A stretch of 64,000 nt of DNA from Acidobacteriota bacterium (lineage in GTDB: Bacteria; Acidobacteriota; Thermoanaerobaculia; Gp7-AA8; JAHWKK01), in the NCBI GenBank assembly GCA_019347945.1, contig JAHWKK010000002.1, positions 157,316 through 221,315 on the forward strand, written 5' to 3'. Made by a program: the position numbers and the translations under genes. This document shows positions 43,107 through 52,790 of the stretch, in pieces. The stretch's first letter is position 1; every line of letters begins with the position of its first letter. The notes below the pieces were generated by a model. The model had not been told where the DNA came from and did no database searches. It saw only the letters and a program-made list of their open reading frames with translations.

Positions 43107-44231
43107 CTAAAACCGCAGCAGCGCTGCAACCCCATCGTGCCGGTCGAGCACCTCGTGCGAGTCGGAGAACGACACGCGGGCATTGTCGGCATGCACGCTG
43201 GAGATGAGCTGTTCGACCAGATCGACCGTGACCACACCCTCGCCGCATGAGGGACAGCCGAGAGGAATCTTCTCGCCGATCATCGAGCAGTTCGGGCACT
43301 TCCAGCCGAGGCCACCCGCTTGTCCCGCAACGAGCAGACGGTCGATTCGACGCTCGTTGGCCGCACGCAGCACATTCGTGAACCCGACCGCCGCCCGTCC
43401 ATCGGCCGAAGCGAGCGCCTCGAGCTGTTCGATCTGGCTCGAAAGCTCGTCGGATCGGCGCTCCGCAACCCGCTTTTCCGCCGCTTCGATGATCTCTTCA
43501 CTCGAGGCCCGCATGTCGAGATGGAGCGGGTCGAGCAGCCGCTCGGATACCCGCGCCGGCAGAAACGACTCCACGTTCGCGACGTTGCGGTCCTGGCCCG
43601 CGAGCAGAACCGCTTCCGGTGCCCTCTGTTCGACCATGCGGGCGAGCCGTTCAGCCGCGCTCTTGTGGTGATGATCGATGTGGTCCTGAACGTGACGCTG
43701 GATGTTGGCCTGCGACCAGCCCCCCTGATCCGTTCGGCTGGGAACCGTGTCGTCCTCGAGCGTCACCGATTCGATGATCTCCCCCATCTCGATCCGGTGG
43801 ATCCTCGCCGATCGTGCATCCGCCAGGAAAACGATCACGTGAGGATGCTTTTCGCGGATCGCGATCAGCTGCCTGAGATGAGGTCTGCTGTCGATCCTAA
43901 GGCTCGTCTCGACCGGTACGCGCAACTGGATCGCTTCGAACAGATCCTCCCCCGGAGCGGCGAAAATCGCCACGCCGCGCGTTGCCGGTTCGAGCTCCTC
44001 GTCGATGTACTCGAGAATCCGGTCGCTGACTCCGGTCATCGCCGCCTCTGCATCCTGTCCGGACCCGTTGCCGAGAGCGTCGCGCAACTGCTGCACCTCC
44101 TGTTTGACCAGGATTCTGAATTTCTCCTTTCTCGCACCATCACCGCCGGTAGTGTCGAGATAGAGAGAGACGAAGATGCCCTTGCGATCTTCGCGTGCGG
44201 CAAGTCGGTTGACGAGCTCATGGATCATCAT
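43107..44231 (-). CDS. Bacterial eRF1-like (baeRF1 / Vms1-Ankzf1-type) putative peptidyl-tRNA hydrolase with a CxxC...CxxC zinc ribbon
   Basis: 374 aa from MMIHELV, preceded by GAAGGAGG. A DQGGWSQANIQRH loop (GGQ-like) and WKCPNCS...GCPSCG are present. Confidence 0.65.
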   Translation of the reverse strand: MMIHELVNRLAAREDRKGIFVSLYLDTTGGDGARKEKFRILVKQEVQQLRDALGNGSGQDAEAAMTGVSDRILEYIDEELEPATRGVAIFAAPGEDLFEAIQLRVPVETSLRIDSRPHLRQLIAIREKHPHVIVFLADARSARIHRIEMGEIIESVTLEDDTVPSRTDQGGWSQANIQRHVQDHIDHHHKSAAERLARMVEQRAPEAVLLAGQDRNVANVESFLPARVSERLLDPLHLDMRASSEEIIEAAEKRVAERRSDELSSQIEQLEALASADGRAAVGFTNVLRAANERRIDRLLVAGQAGGLGWKCPNCSMIGEKIPLGCPSCGEGVVTVDLVEQLISSVHADNARVSFSDSHEVLDRHDGVAALLRF

Positions 44232-44247
44232 CGTGTGAGAACCTCCT

Positions 44248-44406
44248 TCAGGTGCCGTGACTGAGGAACAGGATTTCGTCAGCACCGGCGACGACGATGA
44301 GGTCACCGTCCGATGCGACTTTGTGTTCATAAAGGGCCCGGCCAAAGGCGAGAACCACCACGATCAGGACTGCCAGACCCAGGAGCGCCAGGATGCGCTT
44401 CACCAT
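44248..44406 (-). CDS. Possible 52-aa single-pass membrane peptide, translationally coupled to the eRF1-like gene
   Basis: MVKRILALLGLAVLIVVVLAFGRALYEHK... has an AGGA 5 nt upstream. Its stop lies in the RBS of the next gene. It is below the ORF-track length cutoff and was found by hand translation. Confidence 0.4.
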   Translation of the reverse strand: MVKRILALLGLAVLIVVVLAFGRALYEHKVASDGDLIVVAGADEILFLSHGT

Positions 44407-44529
44407 CGGTTCCTACTCTATCGCAGCCGACCGATGTCTACAATGGTTGGAACCCATCGGCATTCTGAGACAATACAGTCGTAGATTTTCGGAATTTTCA
44501 CCCCTGCCGAGAGTTGGCCTCAGACGGAC

Positions 44530-46317
44530 ATGCCGGTCTCCGGAAACCTCAACGAAACGAGCCGTATCAGCGTTCTTCCTCGCGAGCTCGTCAACCAGAT
44601 CGCGGCGGGGGAAGTCGTCGAAAGACCTGCATCCGTGGTCAAGGAGCTGGTCGAGAATTCGCTCGATGCCGAGGCTTCCACGATCGAGATCGTGCTTCTC
44701 GACGGCGGACGACGACTGATCGAGGTATCGGACGACGGAATCGGAATGAGCGAGCAGGATGCCGTGCTCGCCTTACGTCGTCATGCGACCTCGAAGATCC
44801 AGACCTTCGAGGACCTGCTCTCCGTCTCCACGCTCGGATTCCGAGGGGAAGCGCTTCCGTCGATCGCCTCGGTCTCCCGGTTCCGGATGATCACAGGTGA
44901 CGGATCCGGCCCCGGAGGTCACGAGCTCACCCAGCTGCAGCCTGACGAGCCCGCCGATGTCCGCCCGGCGGCTCGCGATCGCGGAACCACGGTCGTCGTC
45001 GAAGATCTCTTCGTCCACGTCCCCGCCCGCCGCAAATTTCTCAAGACCGCCTCCGCGGAGCTACGACGAATCACCTCCGTCGTCTCCTCATATGCGATCC
45101 CGAACTTTGCCGTGTCGTTCCGCCTCACACACAACGAGAGACTCGTGCTCGATCTCCCTGCGATGCACTCGGAGAGGGAGCGCGCGATCCAGATCCTCGG
45201 AGCGCGCTGCGAGCCCCACCTCCGCGAGATCGATTTCGGAACCGAGGCTTGCCACGTACACGGTTTCGTGGCCCGAGGGTCGAACATCGGAGGCCGCAAA
45301 CATCAGTTCACCTTCGTCAACGGCCGGATGGTCCGGGATCGCGTGATCACCCAGGCCGTGAGAAAAGCCACCGATGCGTTCGACGATTCGAGACAGCCCG
45401 CTCTGATTCTCGACGTCCGCGTCCGCAGCGATGAAGTCGACGTCAACGTTCATCCCGCGAAAACGGAGGTCCGATTTCGCGACTCCGGTCGGATTTTCGT
45501 CACCGTCGAAAAGGGCGTCCGGACCGCTCTCGGGGCTCCCGAATCGGGCGCCGGCCTCATGACGGGCGACCGGTCTCGGTCACACCATGACTCCTCGACC
45601 ATCCGCGAGCGAGACAATCCGCTGTTCGATCCACGACGATGGGATGTTCCCGAGCCGGAGTACCGGGCGACGCCGCTGTTCCGCCAGGGATCGATCGTCC
45701 AACCACCACGGCCCGAGCCCACGACGGAGGTGCCCGGAATCGGACGGCTCGGCGACCTCGAAGGTCGGGTCATCGGCCAGTACCGGCACAGCTACATCGT
45801 CGTCGACATCCCGGCCGGTCTCCGGTTGATCGATCAGCACGCCGCGCATGAAAGGGTGCTCTACGATCGCATCGAGGCGTCGAGGGATCGGGGTCTCGAG
45901 TCGCAGCGAATGCTCAGTCCCGTCGTCTACGACTGCGGGGCCGCCGAGGCGGCGCTGCTCGATTCGAGACTCGACGAGCTGAGAAAGGTCGGGTTCGAGA
46001 TCGAGAGATTCTCAGCCGGCGCCTTCGGAATCGCCGCGGTGCCGGTCATCCTCAGCGAGAAGCGGATCCTCGCCTTTCTCGGCGACGTCGCCTCCGACGA
46101 AGAGTCCGGAGCTTTCGAAAGCGTGCGCCATCGGATCGTCGCATCGCTCGCCTGCCAGGCGGCAATCAAGGTTCACCGCCCTCTGTCGGGGGCCGAGATG
46201 TCGGATCTCGCTGCATCCCTGCTTCGCTCGAGCAACCCCTTCGCCTGCCCGCACGGCCGACCGATCATCGTCGACATCGCACACGTCGACGTCGAAAAAC
46301 ACTTCCATCGCAGGTGA
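44530..46317 (+). CDS. mutL: DNA mismatch repair protein MutL
   Basis: LVNQIAAGEVVERPASVVKELVENSLDA, the GFRGEAL motif, and the C-terminal endonuclease-type motif ACPHGRP. Confidence 0.93.
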   Translation: MPVSGNLNETSRISVLPRELVNQIAAGEVVERPASVVKELVENSLDAEASTIEIVLLDGGRRLIEVSDDGIGMSEQDAVLALRRHATSKIQTFEDLLSVSTLGFRGEALPSIASVSRFRMITGDGSGPGGHELTQLQPDEPADVRPAARDRGTTVVVEDLFVHVPARRKFLKTASAELRRITSVVSSYAIPNFAVSFRLTHNERLVLDLPAMHSERERAIQILGARCEPHLREIDFGTEACHVHGFVARGSNIGGRKHQFTFVNGRMVRDRVITQAVRKATDAFDDSRQPALILDVRVRSDEVDVNVHPAKTEVRFRDSGRIFVTVEKGVRTALGAPESGAGLMTGDRSRSHHDSSTIRERDNPLFDPRRWDVPEPEYRATPLFRQGSIVQPPRPEPTTEVPGIGRLGDLEGRVIGQYRHSYIVVDIPAGLRLIDQHAAHERVLYDRIEASRDRGLESQRMLSPVVYDCGAAEAALLDSRLDELRKVGFEIERFSAGAFGIAAVPVILSEKRILAFLGDVASDEESGAFESVRHRIVASLACQAAIKVHRPLSGAEMSDLAASLLRSSNPFACPHGRPIIVDIAHVDVEKHFHRR

Positions 46318-46321
46318 AGCC

Positions 46322-46777
46322 GTGGAGACCATGCAAAGGATCTGGATTCGCCTTGCGGAGAGTCTCGTATCGTTCGGCGGGCAGCCGGCGGATCACTCGG
46401 GACTGGGGCGGGCGGGCGAGCGACGCGCGGCCTGGTACTTCCGTCTTCTCGGTTTTCGGATTCTGGCGATCAACTTGCGGAACGAGCAGGGGGAGATCGA
46501 TCTGATCGTCCGCCGCTTCGGCCTCGTTGCGTTCGTCGAGGTCAAAACGCGGGGACCCGAACGGCTCGGCGCCGGCTGGACTGCGGTCGATCGCACCAAA
46601 CAGCTCCGTATCATCCGCGCTGCTTCGCTCGAGCTCGCACGGATGAGCCCGGCACCCACAGCGGTCCGGTTCGATGTGGTATCGATCGACTGGGATCGAC
46701 ACCACATCTCGCTGCGGCACTTTCCGGACGCCTTCCGCCCGCTCGCCGATCCCCGTTACCCCTGGAAGCTGAAGTGA
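46322..46777 (+). CDS. yraN: YraN-family (UPF0102) endonuclease-like protein
   Basis: GERRAAWYFRLLGFRILAINLRNEQGEIDLIVRR...AFVEVKTR. The exact start is uncertain. Confidence 0.8.
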   Translation: METMQRIWIRLAESLVSFGGQPADHSGLGRAGERRAAWYFRLLGFRILAINLRNEQGEIDLIVRRFGLVAFVEVKTRGPERLGAGWTAVDRTKQLRIIRAASLELARMSPAPTAVRFDVVSIDWDRHHISLRHFPDAFRPLADPRYPWKLK

Positions 46778-46808
46778 AGGTCCGCCGGAAGCGACATACC
46801 CGCGAGCT

Positions 46809-49517
46809 TCATCTCCGGCGCGCTCCCGGACGCCGCAGCGGCGGAGGAGGCTCGCCGGCGAAGAGCACCTCAACCGAATGCGTCGTCAGAACGAAAATGC
46901 GATCGCCATCGACGACGAGATCGATCGGGGACGCCGGAAACTCTGTCGACGAGTAGGCCATCCAGTCGAGCGGAGAATCGATTCTGAAAACCTCGAGACG
47001 ACCCGTCCGGCCGATGACGAAGGCACACTCCCCCGAGATCGCGAGCGTCTGTTCGTTGAGTGATCCACCGGAAGTCGGAAGCGGAACCGCGCCGATCTGC
47101 AGGAGGCTCGCATCATTCATCGCAATGGCACCTTCGGAGGTCAGCACGTAGAGCGTGCCCGACTCATGGTGAGCGATCGCGGTTGCTGACGGGTTCACTG
47201 GTGTCGACGCCATGACGACGGGTCCGGACGGATTCGAAATATCGAGCGCGAGAATGCTCCGCGGGGCGCTGGCCAGAATCCATCCTCGTTCACCCGAAAC
47301 GACTGAATCCCGAATACCACCGCCGATCTCGCCAACCTTCATCAGCTGATCGTTGAGAAGAACCGAAGCAGTGACACAGCCGGTCGAAAGACATCCCTTC
47401 GAAACCGTGACCCAGAAGAGATCACCGATCCGTCGAATGCCGAGGAAGGAACTGTCGGGCCCCTCATCGAGCTTTCGCTCCATGAACGTCGCCCCCGATG
47501 CTCCGCGGCAGGCAATCGTGCCGTCCCCGAGAAGCTCGCACCATCCATCGCGCCAGGGAGTGAGCGCGACCGCATCCCCTGCCGATGCGTGTACCCGGCC
47601 CGATGGAGCGAGCCGCTCACCGATGAAGTTGATCCTCTCGACGGTCTCCGGCTCACCGAGCAGAATGAAATCTCCCCCCGAGGCCAGCCGGTCGTAAAAG
47701 AGATTCGAACTGTCGATGATTACTTCGCCGGGCGAGCCGGCCGAAGCTGATCCGCTGATGATCGTCACCGCCTGGCTCGATATCGCTCCCGCGAAGGCGC
47801 CGGACTCCGAAGCAGAGAGGCTTTGTCCACCTCCGGAAACCTCGATCGTGCGCCGGACCTCCCCTCCGGGACCGCGGATCTCGAACCCGGAACCGTCCGC
47901 GATGACTATCTCGTCGCCGAGCCAGACGAGACTCGTCGCGAATCCCCTGCCGCGCGGAGTGACGACTTCCGAGCCCGCAACGACGTCGAGAACGCTCAGG
48001 CCTCGAAACGTCACGAGGGCGACTCTTCCGGCATCGTCGACCGCAACCCCGGACGTCGCTGCGCCTTCGATCGTGATCGACGCGGGTTGCTCGCCGTCCC
48101 GAACGAGGAAAACAACGGTAGATCCAGCCTCATTCAGGCCGGCAGCCGCGAGCACTCCGTCTCGAGCGTCGATCCAGGAGATCGGAACGCCGGCCAGATC
48201 GACCGGCGAGACGGCACCCGACTCGAACACGGCGCGAAAAACTGTTCCGTCGGAGGCGAGAATCCACGCCCCGGAATCCGCGAGCTCCGCGTCGGCCGCG
48301 CCAAACCCGATTGCGACCGAGGCGGTTTTCTCTCCGGTTTTCGCATCGATCACGAATGCTTCACTGCTTGCGGTGAGGAGCAGTGATCCCTCACGGTAGT
48401 CGCGAATCACCGGAGAGCCCGTGACGACGGTTCTCTGCACCGCGAGGCTCCCGGTCGAAGAGAGCTGCCACGCCTGGACTCCCGCGCCGGGAAAGCCGAC
48501 ATAGATTTCGTCGCTGCCGAGAGCGATCGAGCTCGGCCCGGCCGCCGGGACCGACCTGAGGAGGTAGGGCGGATGAAACGACTCGACCTCGACCGTCACG
48601 ATTCCGAGGTCCCCCGCCGCGACGTAGAGATGACGCGAATCAGCCGCGAGGCTCCCGATCCGATTCAGCGATCCCCCGCTCGCCGGAAGCCTCGTCTCCC
48701 ATGTCTTCACCGGGCGCGATGCCGACGAGACATCGTATGCCCGGAGGGTCGTATCGAGACCGGACGAGATGGCGACTCCCGGATTGAGCCTGACCCACGA
48801 GATCGAACCTTTTTCGAGCACCCCGATTCGATTCATCTGCGCCCCCGACCCGCTGAAGATCTCGGTCTGGCGCCCGTTGGAGGCAATGAGCCGCTCTCCG
48901 TCGAAATGGATTCGGCTGGTCTGCGGAAAGCTCGGAATCGAGCCGATCTTCTGGGGAAGCGACGGGATCGTCAGCGAGAACGCCTCGATGGTCGAATCGC
49001 CGTCGGCGGCATAAAGCGTTCCGTTCCGGAATGCCACCGAACTGGCGGAACCGGTCGAAGTCTCCATCAGCCGGGGAAGCAGGCCGGGCTGGGCGGCGAT
49101 CAGCTGCAGCACGCTCCGACCCGTGGTCGCAATGTAGAGGTACTCCCCCTGTTGAAGGATGTCGTTGATCTCGGCGTCGAGAAAGACGCTGTGAATCAGG
49201 TTCATGTCGGGATCGAAGAAGAAGAGCGTGGAAGAGGAGCCTACCCAGGCCCCTCCCTCGACCGCGTCGACGACACCGGTCATGCCGGCAACCGCGCGCG
49301 TGCCGACCGGGATCAGTCCCCCTCCGGTCGTCGAATACGCAGTGACTCGATAAGTCTCGGCGGCCCACAGCCGGTCGACGTGAAGATCGAGGTCGCGCAC
49401 CGTGGAGCGGAACTCGCGAGTCTCGGCGGGCGTGAGGTCGCACGCGGCTCCCGAGCTGCTGGCCGGGAAAAGAAGAACAAGAAGGAAGAGAAACGCTGCA
49501 GCCGGACGGCGGGTCAT
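46809..49517 (-). CDS. Secreted repeat protein (LVIVD / beta-propeller-like repeats)
   Basis: The Met at 49517 gives the signal peptide MTRRPAAAFLFLLVLLFPASSSGAAC. Segments such as LYVAAGDLGIVTVEV, LYAADGDSTIEAFSL and YLYIATTGRSVLQL recur. The upstream 546 codons of the 1448-aa ORF are antisense to the HD-GYP gene and were rejected. Confidence 0.6.
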   Translation of the reverse strand: MTRRPAAAFLFLLVLLFPASSSGAACDLTPAETREFRSTVRDLDLHVDRLWAAETYRVTAYSTTGGGLIPVGTRAVAGMTGVVDAVEGGAWVGSSSTLFFFDPDMNLIHSVFLDAEINDILQQGEYLYIATTGRSVLQLIAAQPGLLPRLMETSTGSASSVAFRNGTLYAADGDSTIEAFSLTIPSLPQKIGSIPSFPQTSRIHFDGERLIASNGRQTEIFSGSGAQMNRIGVLEKGSISWVRLNPGVAISSGLDTTLRAYDVSSASRPVKTWETRLPASGGSLNRIGSLAADSRHLYVAAGDLGIVTVEVESFHPPYLLRSVPAAGPSSIALGSDEIYVGFPGAGVQAWQLSSTGSLAVQRTVVTGSPVIRDYREGSLLLTASSEAFVIDAKTGEKTASVAIGFGAADAELADSGAWILASDGTVFRAVFESGAVSPVDLAGVPISWIDARDGVLAAAGLNEAGSTVVFLVRDGEQPASITIEGAATSGVAVDDAGRVALVTFRGLSVLDVVAGSEVVTPRGRGFATSLVWLGDEIVIADGSGFEIRGPGGEVRRTIEVSGGGQSLSASESGAFAGAISSQAVTIISGSASAGSPGEVIIDSSNLFYDRLASGGDFILLGEPETVERINFIGERLAPSGRVHASAGDAVALTPWRDGWCELLGDGTIACRGASGATFMERKLDEGPDSSFLGIRRIGDLFWVTVSKGCLSTGCVTASVLLNDQLMKVGEIGGGIRDSVVSGERGWILASAPRSILALDISNPSGPVVMASTPVNPSATAIAHHESGTLYVLTSEGAIAMNDASLLQIGAVPLPTSGGSLNEQTLAISGECAFVIGRTGRLEVFRIDSPLDWMAYSSTEFPASPIDLVVDGDRIFVLTTHSVEVLFAGEPPPPLRRPGARRR

Positions 49518-49604
49518 GATCGAAATTGTAAAGTATGGAGGGGGAAACGGGGTGACAGGGCCCGACCTCACGTTCGCGCGACACTTCTTATATTCTGGAA
49601 AGCG

Positions 49605-51161
49605 ATGACATCGAAGATCAGCGAGTTGAGCTCGCATCTCAAGGGTCTGCTTTACCGCTGCATGGAGTCGTTGCAGGCGACCAAAGCAGCGTTTTACATG
49701 ACCGAGGGAGGAAGTCCGTATCGGGTGGCGGCGAGCTACGGTTTCAACGCCAAGCTGGCCGAGGAACTCCCGCCGCGTCATCCGGTCGTCGAGCGCCTCC
49801 TCCTCTCGCAAAAGGCGTTTTTCGTAAATGGGGTTGCAGCCGATCCCCGGATCGCGCCGGTTCTCTTCGACGTCAACACCGATCGCATCCTCGTGGCGCC
49901 GATCTTTTTTCACGGGCAACTGCTCGGCTTTCTGGATCTCCGCGACAAGAGCGGGGGAAAGCCGTTCACGAATGCCGATCTCCAGAGCGTCATGCCGATT
50001 CTCCGCGACATCTTCGATTTTCTGTCCTCCCGCGGAGCTTTTGGCGTCAAGGTGAGCGAGACGCGGCAGCAGGTCAGCCCGGAAGCGAAGCTCATCGAGA
50101 TGGCAAAGCAGGTGGTGAGCCGCCGCATCACGAACCGCCCCGTGACGGGCGAGATGCTCAGCGAGTCGCAGATCAACACCGTCACGGTGGCACTGCAGAC
50201 GATCTTTGCGGTACCCGGGGTCATTCTCGCCGCCTTCTCCGCATTCGGTCATCTCGGCAATGTGCAGCCGGTCGTCGTCGATGGCGAACCGACCCCGGAC
50301 GCGCTCGCGAAGCTCGATCAGAAGCTCCGCGCGTGGCTGGAGAAACAGGGAGAGTCCGTTTCCGAGGCGGGTAGTCCCGCGCGGGTCACCCTGGCGCCGA
50401 CCGGCTCGGGCCGCCCGATCAACGGCGCGCGACTCGCTTCCATCCTGAGCGCGCCGGTGAAGATCGGATCGATGAAGGGCTTGGTGCTCAGCGTCGGATT
50501 CGAGCAGCCGCCCGACCGGGAGACCCAGAAGCTTCTGACGCCCTATCTCGATCAGGTCCAGGAGACGATTCGGAGCTCGATCTCGACTGACTCGGTCCGC
50601 GCGATGCGCCAGCGGGTGGCGGAAAAGCTCCTCGAACCGGACTTCGAGACCTATCCGGAGCTCGTCGAACACTCGCGTCGGGTCAGTGCGCTCGCCGAAC
50701 AGCTCGCCCATCATCACGAGCTGCCTCCCGATGAGATCGAAATGATCCGCCTCGCCGGGCTGGTCCACGACGTCGGGATGAGAAAACTCGAATATGACGA
50801 GATCTACACGAAACCGGAGTTGAGTGAAGCCGAAAAAGAGCTCGTGACGAGCCATCCTGTCGTCAGTGCCGCGCTGACGGCCGACTCGCCTCTCGGGGCC
50901 GAGATCGGCAGACTGGTTCTCTACCACCACGAGCGCGTCGACGGAACCGGCTATCCGGAAGGCCTTCGGGGAGAACAGATTCCGCGCGGGGCTCGTATCC
51001 TCGCGATCTGCGAAGCTTTCATCGCGATGACGACCTCCACGTATCAACCTGCAATGCCCGAGAGTGCCGCCCTGATTCAGCTCGAACGAAATGCCGGCTC
51101 CCAGTTCGATGCCGCGTACGCGCGCGGGCTCGCCGAAATGCTCGCCTCGCAACATCGCTGA
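49605..51161 (+). CDS. GAF-domain / HD-GYP-domain protein (putative c-di-GMP phosphodiesterase)
   Basis: N-terminal GAF-like region, C-terminal LAGLVHDVGM and HHERVDGTGYPEGL. Confidence 0.82.
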   Translation: MTSKISELSSHLKGLLYRCMESLQATKAAFYMTEGGSPYRVAASYGFNAKLAEELPPRHPVVERLLLSQKAFFVNGVAADPRIAPVLFDVNTDRILVAPIFFHGQLLGFLDLRDKSGGKPFTNADLQSVMPILRDIFDFLSSRGAFGVKVSETRQQVSPEAKLIEMAKQVVSRRITNRPVTGEMLSESQINTVTVALQTIFAVPGVILAAFSAFGHLGNVQPVVVDGEPTPDALAKLDQKLRAWLEKQGESVSEAGSPARVTLAPTGSGRPINGARLASILSAPVKIGSMKGLVLSVGFEQPPDRETQKLLTPYLDQVQETIRSSISTDSVRAMRQRVAEKLLEPDFETYPELVEHSRRVSALAEQLAHHHELPPDEIEMIRLAGLVHDVGMRKLEYDEIYTKPELSEAEKELVTSHPVVSAALTADSPLGAEIGRLVLYHHERVDGTGYPEGLRGEQIPRGARILAICEAFIAMTTSTYQPAMPESAALIQLERNAGSQFDAAYARGLAEMLASQHR

Positions 51162-51268
51162 TACGACGGGGCCAACCGAGACTCATTCCCGGCAAAGAAC
51201 CGCGTTTTCTGCAGTGAAACGAAAAAGGAGCTCCGGTGAGCCCCCTTCGAATCGGCGTCTGAGCAACG

Positions 51269-52666
51269 TCAGGAACCGTTGCTGAGAGCCCGTTCCATCG
51301 CGAGCGCCATCGCGCTCTTGCCAGGTGCGGTCTCGGCGATCTGGTCGGAAACCTCACCCTCTTCCTCACCGCCGGCGATGGTCAGCGACATGCGGCGGCG
51401 TTCGGTATCGACGCTCAGCACGCGGACTGGAAGCTTCGCTCCCGGCTCGAAAAGACCCTCCGGCGACTGATCGGGCGCGAGATCGAGCTCGGATACGGGT
51501 ACGAGACCGGTGAGACCCGGCTCGACCTCGACGAAAATCCCGAAGTCGACCGCCTTCTCTACGGTTCCCTCCAGCGTCCTTCCCATCGGATATTTCGTCA
51601 GGACGTGCTCCCATGGATCTCCGTCGGAGATTTCGCGAAGCGCCAGGGAGATTCGTCGCCTGTTCGCGTCGACCTCCTTGACCCATCCTTCGATCTGGCT
51701 GCCGATCTGGAACTCCGGATCGGACGGCGACGTGCCGTGCGGCAGCATCGACTGATGGACGAGCCCGTCGACTCCCGGCTCGAGCTCGACGAACAGGCCG
51801 AAGTCGGTCTTCCGGGCAATCGTTCCGGTGAACTTGTCTCCCGGGTTGAACCGGCTGGGAACGCTGATCCACGGATCCGGTTCGAGATCCTTGCGGGAGA
51901 GCGAGATGCGCTTGCCGTTCTCTTCGATCTTCGTCACGACGACGTCGATGTTCTGGCCCGGCGAGAGCACCGTTTTGGGATCTTCGATGCGATGATGGCT
52001 GATCTCCGAGACGTGAAGAAGGCCTTCGATCCCACCGATGTCTACGAATGCGCCGAATGGAACTACGTTGCGGACGACGCCGCTGACCGTCATGCCGATC
52101 TGCAGATTCTCGAGCGTCTCCTTCCCCTTCTCGGCAGCCTCTTCCTTCAGGACGGCCGCGCGGGAGATGACCAGCTTCCTCCCATCGTCCGAGATTTCCA
52201 GAACCTTGAAATCGTAAGTGTTGCCGACGTACTGATCGGGATCGACGATTTTGCCGAGATCGATCTGGGAGAGAGGGCAGAAGGCTCTGACAGAGCCCAT
52301 CTTCACGTCGAAGCCGCCCTTGTTGCGGCCGGTCACTTTTCCTTCGACGACGAGGCCTTCCTCGTAAGCATCCTTCAGTGCCTGGATGGAGGCCTGTTTC
52401 GCGAGCAGTTTTCTCGAGACGCGAATCTGGTCTCCTGAGATGGAAACGACCGAGGCCTCGATCTCTTCGCCGAGCGTATAACCTTCATCGAGCTCATCAG
52501 CGTGGATCAGTGCTTCGGTCGGGCCGCCGTAAGCGATGTAGGCGTCGTCTCCGGAAACCGTGATGATTGTTCCCCGCAGCAGGTCACCCTTTTGCGGTGT
52601 TTTGAAATCGAGCGTCTCTTCGAGCGCCGCCTCGAATGATTCGGCGCTCTCGTTGGGAAAAGTCAT
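51269..52666 (-). CDS. rpsA: 30S ribosomal protein S1
   Basis: Six S1-domain repeats (GxV...V..FGAFV.. pattern). The Met at 52666 is chosen. Confidence 0.9.
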   Translation of the reverse strand: MTFPNESAESFEAALEETLDFKTPQKGDLLRGTIITVSGDDAYIAYGGPTEALIHADELDEGYTLGEEIEASVVSISGDQIRVSRKLLAKQASIQALKDAYEEGLVVEGKVTGRNKGGFDVKMGSVRAFCPLSQIDLGKIVDPDQYVGNTYDFKVLEISDDGRKLVISRAAVLKEEAAEKGKETLENLQIGMTVSGVVRNVVPFGAFVDIGGIEGLLHVSEISHHRIEDPKTVLSPGQNIDVVVTKIEENGKRISLSRKDLEPDPWISVPSRFNPGDKFTGTIARKTDFGLFVELEPGVDGLVHQSMLPHGTSPSDPEFQIGSQIEGWVKEVDANRRRISLALREISDGDPWEHVLTKYPMGRTLEGTVEKAVDFGIFVEVEPGLTGLVPVSELDLAPDQSPEGLFEPGAKLPVRVLSVDTERRRMSLTIAGGEEEGEVSDQIAETAPGKSAMALAMERALSNGS

Positions 52667-52790
52667 TAACTGCCTCTTTCGTGGGTTTGTGTTCGCCCCG
52701 GAGAGCTCCGGGGTCATTCGCATAACTCGGCGCGCGGTGGGTCGAATTCCTTGACCGGCTCGCTGCAGCCCGGTGTTCGTAGTCTCTCGA

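Noticed and set aside
49518-51155. The N-terminal 546 codons of the 1448-aa minus-strand ORF 46809-51155.
   Set aside because: This part is antisense to a well-supported GAF/HD-GYP gene (HHERVDGTGYPEGL on the plus strand). An internal Met at 49517 gives a clean signal peptide, so the real minus-strand gene is 46809-49517.
51162-51268. An intrinsic terminator between the convergent HD-GYP and rpsA genes.
   Set aside because: No convincing GC stem followed by a T-tract on either strand.
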